DNA from: Escherichia phage ECP2303
Sequence record: PP261279.1
Reading direction: 5' to 3' (one strand)
Length of the DNA stretch: 64,000 nucleotides
The translations under genes and the position numbers were made by a program. Below are positions 56,773 to 64,000 of the stretch, piece by piece; within the stretch, counting starts at the first letter, position 1; the number at the start of each line of letters is the position of its first letter. Below the pieces are notes generated by a model, which was not told the origin of the DNA, did not search any database, and worked only from the letters and a program-made list of their open reading frames with translations.

Positions 56773-57090
56773 ATGCAAATTGAAATCACTGGCAACGTAG
56801 AAATCACTGAAGGTATGGTGTCTTTCATTTCCCACAAAATGTCTAAGCTGGAGCGTTTGCACCCCTCTGCCAACTATGCACGTGTGAGTGTAAAAGTTGA
56901 AAATGATCACCAGGAAGTTATGGCGTTCATTTTTGACAATTCTGGAAAAGAAGTTATTGCCAAAGCTAAAGGCAGTGATGCTTACGAGGCAACTGACCGT
57001 ATGGTAGATGTTGCAGCACGTCAACTGGCTAAATGCGGTGGAAAGAAAGGTAAGGGGAAAGGCAAAGTAAAGATTGACTTTGGAGAATGA
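56773..57090 (+). CDS. hypothetical protein
   Basis: 105-aa ORF with AAAGGAA Shine-Dalgarno and basic GKKGKGKGK tail. Confidence 0.5.
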   Translation: MQIEITGNVEITEGMVSFISHKMSKLERLHPSANYARVSVKVENDHQEVMAFIFDNSGKEVIAKAKGSDAYEATDRMVDVAARQLAKCGGKKGKGKGKVKIDFGE

Positions 57091-57099
57091 GGTGCTACA

Positions 57100-57201
57100 A
57101 TGGGTGTGATCAAGAAATTAGTCCCAAATGTAGAGATTGCATGCTTTGAAATTATGTTTGCAATCGCAGTTGTAGTTAATGTGTTAGGTTACGGCTATTA
57201 A
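57100..57201 (+). CDS. hydrophobic micro-protein (33 aa), not in the ORF track
   Basis: TGAGGTG Shine-Dalgarno; MGVIKKLVPNVEIACFEIMFAIAVVVNVLGYGY. Confidence 0.4.
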   Translation: MGVIKKLVPNVEIACFEIMFAIAVVVNVLGYGY

Positions 57202-57227
57202 TATCAAATAATTGAGGAGACCTCTAA

Positions 57228-57497
57228 ATGAAAATTAAATTATTCAAAACTGAGCTGGCAGACAAAAACTGTGGACTGGTTGAAGGTATGATTGTCGAAG
57301 CACAACCAGTTGACTATATGAAGGTGGTTCGTGATGCCCTGGGTGAAGGTTTTGATCTGATGGAGCCAGCTCTGCGAGAAGATGTTATCGAGATGGCTAA
57401 AAAGCACACACCTGAAGGCATGGTGGTGTTTGTTGCACCGGGTAACGGAGAAGAGTTGATTGTAACTCCGGATGTGTATGAGATTGTAGAGGAATAA
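57228..57497 (+). CDS. small acidic protein, MKIK-start family
   Basis: 89 aa beginning MKIKLFKTEL with GAGGAGA Shine-Dalgarno. Confidence 0.5.
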   Translation: MKIKLFKTELADKNCGLVEGMIVEAQPVDYMKVVRDALGEGFDLMEPALREDVIEMAKKHTPEGMVVFVAPGNGEELIVTPDVYEIVEE

Positions 57498-57588
57498 TCC
57501 TGCTTGGATTAGCATACTTCCTCGATAAGGAAGGTTTGTAATTATTTGTGGGAAAGGAATCCCAATCTCTTACCAGAGGTGATACTAT

Positions 57589-57852
57589 ATGATTGTTTAT
57601 TTTAAAACTTCAGGTGGATACCCTGATTCTCAAAGCTTGATCGGAAAAACGTGCACAGCATACTCACCTCTTGATGAGGAGGTAGGCGATATTCTACGAA
57701 ATATGTATCGGATTGACCCCCAAGAAGCCTTTGATCAAAACCTTGTATTTGTCAAGGGCTCAGATATGAAGTCTTTGGGAGCATTCCCTGAAGCAGATGA
57801 TGATGCCGTTTATTCGTTCATGACTCCTTTTGAAGCTATGGTTGTTGGGTGA
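57589..57852 (+). CDS. small protein, VKGxDL paralogous family
   Basis: LIGKTCTA...LVFVKGSDMKSLGAF motif. Confidence 0.5.
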   Translation: MIVYFKTSGGYPDSQSLIGKTCTAYSPLDEEVGDILRNMYRIDPQEAFDQNLVFVKGSDMKSLGAFPEADDDAVYSFMTPFEAMVVG

Positions 57853-57856
57853 TAAT

Positions 57857-58189
57857 ATGAAAGTACGCTTTATTGGTGAAACAATTCCTGTGCATCTCCG
57901 GTCTCCTGAGGATTCTGCAGATCTTGCATCTCAAAAGGCGAGAGGTTATGATAAGAAAGTAACCTCAACCGATGTAGTGCTTGAGGCTACCAGTCTACCT
58001 GACCCTGCGGCATTCTTTAATCATTATGGGTACTATTTCAGCAATCTGATGAATATCGGTGAGCTTGTGTTTATTAGTGGTGGAGAGATTGTTAGCAAGC
58101 TTGGCGGCGATCCAGATGTCTTTCATGAAACCTGTCCTTTTGCATTTGTGGTAGGTTCAGATGTGGAAGTTATTGAGGAGGTGCGGTAA
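57857..58189 (+). CDS. small protein, MKV-start family
   Basis: Trimmed to MKVRFIGET; ELVFISGGEIVSKLGG motif. Confidence 0.45.
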   Translation: MKVRFIGETIPVHLRSPEDSADLASQKARGYDKKVTSTDVVLEATSLPDPAAFFNHYGYYFSNLMNIGELVFISGGEIVSKLGGDPDVFHETCPFAFVVGSDVEVIEEVR

Positions 58190-58584
58190 TGGTAAGCCTG
58201 TACCGTGTTGAGTATAGCTCAGATACTGTATACAACGTAAGAAGCAAAGATCGCAGCGACAGAGTGCAAGAAATGTATGTTCTTGCCGACAGTCCGTTAT
58301 CTGCAGCGTTCAAGGCAGGGGCTCTTGCATCTCGTTGGAAATTTGAAGGGGGATCTTTCTATGAAGAAACCCTTGAAGATTCTGTTGTTATTTCTTCTGT
58401 AGAGGTTTCAGACGACTACGAAGGGAAAAAGTTCGTAATGCGGCACCCACACAGCAACATTGCGTACTACTGGGATGTTCTGAACAACGAGTGGACCCCA
58501 GATCTTCAGAAGGCTACTGTGCTAACACCGTTTTTGGCAGATAAGTTCCCACCAGAAGGTAATTTATCCGCACTGTTTCAGTAA
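58189..58584 (+). CDS. hypothetical protein, paralog of 55984..56382
   Basis: Shared blocks with 55984..56382 (see that entry). Confidence 0.5.
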   Translation: MVSLYRVEYSSDTVYNVRSKDRSDRVQEMYVLADSPLSAAFKAGALASRWKFEGGSFYEETLEDSVVISSVEVSDDYEGKKFVMRHPHSNIAYYWDVLNNEWTPDLQKATVLTPFLADKFPPEGNLSALFQ

Positions 58585-58602
58585 TTTTCTTGCACACAGG
58601 TG

Positions 58603-58631
58603 TTGACAACGCCAACCCTGTGTGAAATAAT
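58603..58631 (+). promoter_or_regulatory. sigma70-like promoter flanked by an 8-bp inverted repeat
   Basis: TTGACA-N17-AATAAT; CACACAGG (58592-58599) and CCTGTGTG (58617-58624) bracket the -35. Confidence 0.4.
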
Positions 58632-58663
58632 ACCTTCATCTTAACAAGACAGGAGACCGATTG

Positions 58664-58921
58664 ATGAAGATTAAATTGAAAAACCTTGAAACGGCAGAGA
58701 TTCAGGACGGTGTTGATTTCCGTTCTAAAGATGGTGACATCTTAGAGGTAAATATTCCAACCTACAAGCTGATTAAAGGTTTTGGCAACGTTCCGGAAGA
58801 GGATATTACAGAAATTCTTATGATGTTGATTCTTGACGGAACTGTGTTTGTAGGTGAAGGTGAGAACGCTATTGCAATCCCAGGCCATTTTTATGAAGTA
58901 GTTGACGAAGAGGTGCTGTAA
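58664..58921 (+). CDS. small acidic protein, MKIK-start family
   Basis: MKIKLKNLE with AGGAGA Shine-Dalgarno. Confidence 0.5.
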   Translation: MKIKLKNLETAEIQDGVDFRSKDGDILEVNIPTYKLIKGFGNVPEEDITEILMMLILDGTVFVGEGENAIAIPGHFYEVVDEEVL

Positions 58922-59272
58922 ATGAAAGTAGAAATTACTGGTTTTGATGTGAATGTGGTTCCGGAAGATATTTTAGCTAAACTCCCGGAAGGTTTTGGTA
59001 ACGGTGTTGTGGTGGATGCTGTTCCTCCTACCAAAGACATTCTGCTGCAGTATGGTGTAGCAGAGGAAGATGTCGATAAAGTTCTTACAATGATGGCAAT
59101 CGATCGTGTTGTCGTTGTTAAAGGTCTCGATAATTTTGAGAGTGATCCCCTGATTATTCGTGGAGATGACTATAAAATCATCGATAATGAAGGCCAAGAG
59201 TTCTATGAGCCTTGTGCAGAAGATATTCTTAACTTATTACTGGAAGCAGGTACCGAAGAGGAGGACGAATAA
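58922..59272 (+). CDS. small acidic protein, MKV-start family
   Basis: MKVEITGFD...VVVKGLDN. Confidence 0.5.
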   Translation: MKVEITGFDVNVVPEDILAKLPEGFGNGVVVDAVPPTKDILLQYGVAEEDVDKVLTMMAIDRVVVVKGLDNFESDPLIIRGDDYKIIDNEGQEFYEPCAEDILNLLLEAGTEEEDE

Positions 59273-59601
59273 TGAAGATTGACCCGTTACTGAAGGCTCG
59301 TGCAGAAAAAGCGTACACCATTAAGCTGACCAACCTGGTTCCTACTTGTCATCCAGATGTAGGTTGGCCTGAAGGTCTGGTAGAGGGGACTGTAACAGCT
59401 GCATACCTCCCTAACATCAAATACCTTATGGAAATCTTGGAGCTGGATGAGGAAACGGCAGAAGAGTTACAGTTGGACATGAAACAAAGTGGGACTCTGG
59501 TTATTCACGGGTGGTATAATACTAAAGACGCAGAAGACCCTCTTGTAACTTCTAATCTGGCATATGAAATCTTAGGACCTTTGAACCTGGGGGAAGACTA
59601 A
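59272..59601 (+). CDS. small acidic protein
   Basis: 109-aa ORF starting MKIDPLL; overlapping start/stop. Confidence 0.45.
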   Translation: MKIDPLLKARAEKAYTIKLTNLVPTCHPDVGWPEGLVEGTVTAAYLPNIKYLMEILELDEETAEELQLDMKQSGTLVIHGWYNTKDAEDPLVTSNLAYEILGPLNLGED

Positions 59602-59888
59602 TGAAAGATCTGGTTAAGATTAAGATTAAAGATACCAACGGCGAACTCAGCCATTTTGGAATTAATGATGGTGACGAGCTGATCGCACACCTGCCTACCA
59701 AGGAAGTTGTAAGCAAAGCAGTTGCCGGAGAAGAAGCTGCAATGCAGGCTGCAGGTGTTGATGAAAACTATGTAGCTATGTGCATGTGCCGAGATCAGGT
59801 TGTTCTGTATAAAGCGTATCGACCAAACGGAGCCACGGAGTGGCTTGTATTCCGACCCGAAGGGTATGAAATCTTAGAGGCACTATGA
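59601..59888 (+). CDS. small protein
   Basis: 95-aa ORF starting MKDLVKIKIK. Confidence 0.45.
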   Translation: MKDLVKIKIKDTNGELSHFGINDGDELIAHLPTKEVVSKAVAGEEAAMQAAGVDENYVAMCMCRDQVVLYKAYRPNGATEWLVFRPEGYEILEAL

Positions 59889-59968
59889 TAAATCTTGCCA
59901 AGGTTGCAATGGTCCTGCTAATTATTTGCTGGTCAGTAACCTTAACACTGTGTCTTGTATTTCAGTAA
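59885..59968 (+). CDS. hydrophobic micro-protein (27 aa), not in the ORF track
   Basis: ATG overlaps the upstream stop (ATGA); MINLAKVAMVLLIICWSVTLTLCLVFQ. Confidence 0.35.
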   Translation: MINLAKVAMVLLIICWSVTLTLCLVFQ

Positions 59969-59977
59969 GGTGCTTGT

Positions 59978-60241
59978 ATGAACATCCTGATGTGGGTTGT
60001 AGCAGTGGCGTTTGTTGCATGTTTTTGCTGCTGGGTTGCGGTGAGGATTTCTGTAGCTACCCTTCGGAAGTTGGGGTTCTCAGAGTGGGATATTAATATC
60101 CTTTCTTTTCGCAATGAAACAATCTCAGCCGCCCTGCTCTGTAAGAAATTCAAGTGGGAACCTTGTGAGGTCATGAACTATCTAAGAACGGGGGATATCC
60201 CTGAAAGATTTAAAAAAGTTCTTGACGGCAAGGATAAATGA
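59978..60241 (+). CDS. membrane protein
   Basis: 87 aa with N-terminal TM MNILMWVVAVAFVACFCCWVAV. Confidence 0.5.
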   Translation: MNILMWVVAVAFVACFCCWVAVRISVATLRKLGFSEWDINILSFRNETISAALLCKKFKWEPCEVMNYLRTGDIPERFKKVLDGKDK

Positions 60242-60269
60242 TAGTATAGTGACTAACAAGAGGTGAGGA

Positions 60270-60410
60270 ATGACTGATTTTACTGAAGCTTTAATGATGG
60301 CCTTGTCTGTTTTAGCGCTATCGGTGTGTTTTGGGGCGTTATTCACATCTCTGGTTAAAGTTTTACATACAGTATTATTACCCAAGGAGCGCAGTAATGA
60401 CGAAGATTGA
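60270..60410 (+). CDS. hydrophobic micro-protein (46 aa), not in the ORF track
   Basis: GAGGTGAGG Shine-Dalgarno; central TM segment ALMMALSVLALSVCFGALF. Confidence 0.4.
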   Translation: MTDFTEALMMALSVLALSVCFGALFTSLVKVLHTVLLPKERSNDED

Positions 60411-60648
60411 CTTGAATGCTGGCGACCATGTTGTTGTCAAATGCATCGGAGATTATCTTGGATTCACAATCGGCAATACTTACGAGGCGGTAGTGGCGAA
60501 GGTTTACCATGATAAAGTCCTCAGTCTTGTATTTGACTGTGATGATGATGGGGATGACCGATACGTCTGTGAGGTGCTGGCACGAGACGATAGTGAAGAC
60601 CAGAAATTCCTGGTTATTGAACTGAACGGTATTTTTGTAGAACGTTAA
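60397..60648 (+). CDS. hypothetical protein
   Basis: Trimmed to the ATG with AAGGAG Shine-Dalgarno; 83 aa. Confidence 0.5.
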   Translation: MTKIDLNAGDHVVVKCIGDYLGFTIGNTYEAVVAKVYHDKVLSLVFDCDDDGDDRYVCEVLARDDSEDQKFLVIELNGIFVER

Positions 60649-60676
60649 TTTAAAACAATATAAGGAGACTCTTACT

Positions 60677-60982
60677 ATGGCTAAATCTAAAGTTGAACTG
60701 TTCACCTCTCTTCCTTCTGACACTGCAGAACGTGATCGCCTTCGCAAAACAATCGAAGAACTGGTGGAACTCCAGCTTCAGATTAAAGACCTGAAAGATG
60801 CCATCAAGGATATCATTCTCGTTGAGAAGCAGGATCATCTGTATTCTCCTAAATTCATCAAATCTCTGGTGGCTACAGAGTTTGATATCCGCTACGAAGC
60901 TGAAAAACGTCGCGCTAAGATTGAAGAAGAGGTTGAGCACATGTCTGAGGCAGACATTCTGTTCAAACGCTCTGTAGAATAA
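60677..60982 (+). CDS. hypothetical coiled-coil protein
   Basis: 101 aa with AAGGAGA Shine-Dalgarno, followed by a terminator. Confidence 0.5.
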   Translation: MAKSKVELFTSLPSDTAERDRLRKTIEELVELQLQIKDLKDAIKDIILVEKQDHLYSPKFIKSLVATEFDIRYEAEKRRAKIEEEVEHMSEADILFKRSVE

Positions 60983-60987
60983 TATGG

Positions 60988-61013
60988 CAGAGGGGCTACG
61001 GCCCCTCTTTCAC
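60988..61013 (+). terminator. intrinsic terminator
   Basis: GAGGGGC-TAC-GGCCCCTC hairpin followed by TTTCACTATTT. Confidence 0.65.
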
Positions 61014-61034
61014 TATTTGCAAAAGGAACCAGCT

Positions 61035-61361
61035 ATGAGAATACCAATCACTGTGAAAGAGCTAAATGAACGTGATGCAGGCGGTATATGGCCTGCACGA
61101 AAAATCCGCTGCGTTTATATGAAAGAGAATCTTGAACATCTTGATCAACAGATCAAGGTAGGTGATATTTTTGAGGTCTTCTATTCCAATCGTCGCAACT
61201 GGGAAACCATTCAGCCTTCTGGTTTTGTTCTTGCCAAACTTGACACCGGAGAAGTGATTATCCCTGGGTTAGATATTGTCTTCGAAATTATCCAGGAGTG
61301 GGATCCGGATAAGATTAGATACGAAGAGTTATTCGGTAAAGGTATTATCAAACCTGTGTGA
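61035..61361 (+). CDS. hypothetical protein
   Basis: Trimmed to the ATG downstream of the terminator; 108 aa. Confidence 0.45.
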   Translation: MRIPITVKELNERDAGGIWPARKIRCVYMKENLEHLDQQIKVGDIFEVFYSNRRNWETIQPSGFVLAKLDTGEVIIPGLDIVFEIIQEWDPDKIRYEELFGKGIIKPV

Positions 61362-61369
61362 GGTGGATT

Positions 61370-61669
61370 ATGTCTACAAAGGCGGCTAAATACTCCTACA
61401 TGCCATCAACCTCTGCAGAGGTAGACTTTAGTTTCGATGTGTTTCCACTGTTTGAGGTGGTTCTGGCATACCCAACAATACTATCTACTCCTGAATCACT
61501 TGTGCCTGTTAAGTTGCAGAACGCTATGCATTCTATGCACTACAACAATAAATGTAGGCACAGATGGTGTCAGGACGAGGAAAAAGATTTGGATAGTTTG
61601 AGGGATTTTGACAGTCACCTTTTGACACCTTTTAGCTACTCCAATCTTGATAAGCCCTCCTGGGTATAG
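61370..61669 (+). CDS. hypothetical protein
   Basis: Trimmed to the ATG with GAGGTGG Shine-Dalgarno. Confidence 0.45.
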   Translation: MSTKAAKYSYMPSTSAEVDFSFDVFPLFEVVLAYPTILSTPESLVPVKLQNAMHSMHYNNKCRHRWCQDEEKDLDSLRDFDSHLLTPFSYSNLDKPSWV

Positions 61670-61693
61670 CAAAATATCAAATTTAAGACACCT

Positions 61694-61716
61694 AGGACGC
61701 TCTGTGGCGTCCTTTT
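61694..61716 (+). terminator. intrinsic terminator
   Basis: AGGACGC-TCTGT-GGCGTCCT hairpin followed by TTTCTTT. Confidence 0.65.
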
Positions 61717-61882
61717 CTTTATCTGGTGCACGATTGCATACCTTTGACAGATAATCTCATTACAGAGCGTTTAAGAGCTTCCTACAAACAAATCTCTCTT
61801 TCGAGCGTAGCGAGAACGCACGTCCGTTTTGACCCAAATCACCATACGCTCGGATTTTAACCAAACCCTCGCGGCGTTTCTG

Positions 61883-61911
61883 TTGACACATTACCGCTCC
61901 AGTGATAGTAT
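61883..61911 (+). promoter_or_regulatory. sigma70-like promoter
   Basis: TTGACA-N17-TAGTAT upstream of the micro-ORF at 61932. Confidence 0.5.
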
Positions 61912-61931
61912 CCACACATAGTTTGGAGAAT

Positions 61932-62033
61932 ATGGAATACACAATGAGAACATTGTCCGAAGTTTTAGTGGTGATCCTGATGATCATTACGTCCATAGCG
62001 GCTGTTGCCGGAATACTCACAGGTGGGACATGA
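61932..62033 (+). CDS. hydrophobic micro-protein (33 aa), not in the ORF track
   Basis: GGAGAA Shine-Dalgarno; MEYTMRTLSEVLVVILMIITSIAAVAGILTGGT; stop overlaps the next start. Confidence 0.4.
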   Translation: MEYTMRTLSEVLVVILMIITSIAAVAGILTGGT

Positions 62034-62242
62034 TCAACACACATGCATCTGAAGAGACATCCAAAGGAGTGACCATATGTCCCTTGGCTGAGCCAGTTAA
62101 AGAGGAAAACTTAGATTCTGAGGACTCTTCATCTTCGTCCCAGACAGATCCTGAGGCTGATGACCTAACGTGGGAAGACATCGTAGATATCTGGTTCTCT
62201 ATTATGCCTGAGCACGAAGAGTTCAGAGGTGGCAGACTATGA
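62030..62242 (+). CDS. small acidic protein
   Basis: 70-aa ORF, Ser/Asp/Glu-rich. Confidence 0.4.
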   Translation: MINTHASEETSKGVTICPLAEPVKEENLDSEDSSSSSQTDPEADDLTWEDIVDIWFSIMPEHEEFRGGRL

Positions 62243-62363
62243 AGCACCGAGCCCACACAGGTTCCTCATGCTAAAGCATGGCCTGAAGAGGCAAACGTGT
62301 ATAATTATTGTGCATTGGAACGTATAAAACCCTGTTCACACTCTCATTCCCAGAGGAGATTTT

Positions 62364-62579
62364 ATGAAGATAGAGATATTTGGTGGAGCTGACAACACTC
62401 GTGGCCTGATTTACCTTGAATTCGATGAATCATACCTGCCAGAGGTGTTAAATATAGACTCTGTTGCTGAGGCTTTGGGAGTAAACCCTAAAGAACTCCA
62501 CTCTTGTGCTGAGATCGATGGCTGGGAAGAGACCATGAACATTGATTTCAGTGAAGTAGAGGATGAACCGCTGGACTGA
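62364..62579 (+). CDS. small acidic protein
   Basis: 71-aa ORF with GAGGAGA Shine-Dalgarno; last clear gene before the ORF-poor region. Confidence 0.45.
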   Translation: MKIEIFGGADNTRGLIYLEFDESYLPEVLNIDSVAEALGVNPKELHSCAEIDGWEETMNIDFSEVEDEPLD

Positions 62580-62930
62580 CACACAATTAGCTGCCCGGCT
62601 AAAGTGCTGGAAGCACCTATAACACATCTTTCAACTAAATTTCCCACCACCACAATCACTTACCTTCCACACATGACTGTTTGCTTGTTTAGTGAGCAGT
62701 CATGCCTTGACATTCTTGCCTATCCTGATAAAATTAAGTTCTTCTCTTTTCTTTTACCGAGTAATTCGGGTTTTCTGTTCTCTTCGGTTTGAAGGGGGTA
62801 TGGAGATACACCTGAGTGAACAGGGTGAACAACCGAACATTTGGCTATGGCATTAGCATGGCGAAGCGGACGGGTGACGAAAGAGGGGCCGGAGGACACC
62901 AGTCACTGCCATATGACATATGGGTGATAA

Positions 62931-63473
62931 CCTGAAGAGTCTGAATAAGTGTTTAAGTACCAGTCAGAGGAAAAGGTGAATGGTAGCCGAAGGGGAGGGG
63001 GGTTTCTTGTATCTTTAATTTGTATATTATGTATACACTTGTAAACCAATATCATCTAAATCTGTTTACCACACAAAGTGGATAGAGACAAATATTACCT
63101 ATTAAACTTGAATTATTTATAGAAAATACCACAACACCACTTAAGTCTTTGATTTTACACACAAATCTTACAGATATTCAACCTCCATATTTAACATACC
63201 TGTAACATATTCCATACTCTACCTGCCTGATCAATTTCCCCAACTACATCCTCATATTTTCCCTGTCTGTACTACCCCTGCCCCGCCGGGAGTCCCGTCA
63301 TATCTGGCTTTCCAGCAAATATCACACCCACAAATATCATTGCCTGAAGAGGGTTTCATCCCATAATACCTGCCTTACCTGAAGAGCGCTTCATACACCA
63401 CGTAAATTTTTTTTTTTTAATTGACCCCCTGCCCCGCCGGAGAGGTTGGCTTTTCCCACACAGACCTGAAGAG
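62931..63473. repeat. dispersed short direct repeats in an ORF-poor region
   Basis: CCTGAAGAG at 62931, 63343, 63378, 63465; CCCTGCCCCGCCGG at 63276 and 63426; T12 homopolymer at 63407-63418. Confidence 0.6.
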
Positions 63474-64000
63474 TCAGCCAGAAATATCTGAACAGGTCTA
63501 GTTCTGCCACGATTTTGACCTGACCTACAGGAGAGCTGCCAGGCGGACGAAATGGGAATACTTCTCATTCTTATAACAATTCTCAAATATCAAGGCAGTG
63601 AGGCAAATTAATAGGTGAGGCCGTTCACACAGTGGCACAACATTTGCAACCTATCTTGTGTGGAGGAATGAGAATACCTATCATTGTGAGAACCATTATC
63701 ATTACGGGCAATTTAACATAATACCCATTATGCGCACCACTGGCGATACATACAGGGATTGATAACATGAGTTACTGTTTACGCATATAACAATTATATT
63801 TCTTACTATTTGTGTGGGATATAGTTAGCAACCAATAGATTAGATATTGACCTGCAGACTTCTGACCGTCCAGACGTCTAAACGCCCACACACCAAGGGT
63901 TATACATACATTCCTGAATGTAAACAGGGCCGCAAAAATGCTACCATACCAGTTTGTAAATTTTTCATGCAGCACTTGACAAAGAGGAGAAAAACTTGTC

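Noticed and set aside
62604-62792. Plus-strand 62-aa ORF from the track
   Set aside because: No ribosome-binding site and low-complexity translation; it lies in the repeat-rich non-coding region.

Overview
This window reads as part of a large virulent tailed phage of a Gram-negative host (contractile-tail, myovirus-like organisation), not a bacterial chromosome segment. All calls come from reading the sequence and the supplied ORF track; no database search or folding was run, and start codons I adjusted by hand may be off by a few nucleotides. Minus strand, 1-19.9 kb: a late structural/lysis arm with terminase large subunit, portal, scaffold-like, lambda D-like decoration and major capsid proteins, neck proteins, putative sheath and tube, a tail-chaperone pair with a canonical -1 frameshift site, a 779-aa tape measure, baseplate proteins and a separated i-/o-spanin pair. 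20.3-21.1 kb: a minus-strand cluster of six tRNAs plus one atypical tRNA-like element. 21.2-25.0 kb: small minus-strand genes, two GC-rich ORF-free islands, and an iteron/AT-rich region beside a winged-HTH gene that looks like an origin or operator. A divergent promoter region at about 25.1 kb separates the arms. Plus strand, 25.1-62.6 kb: an early/middle arm with a T4 Rnl1-like RNA ligase (its polynucleotide-kinase-like and metallophosphoesterase partners lie divergently on the minus strand at 24.06-25.03 kb), a Sir2-family protein, DNA ligase, lambda R-like endolysin, a recombination/repair set, two orphan DNA methyltransferases, nucleotide metabolism (putative ThyX, NrdAB, glutaredoxin, NrdDG, PhoH) and a ClpP-like protease. 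51-62 kb holds a dense array of small genes including an expanded paralogous family and several unannotated hydrophobic micro-ORFs. 62.6-64.0 kb is ORF-poor with short direct repeats. The most interesting candidates are the split RNA-repair module with the adjacent Sir2/MazG-like genes, the iteron region sharing a TATCACGG motif with another upstream site, and the small-protein family expansion.
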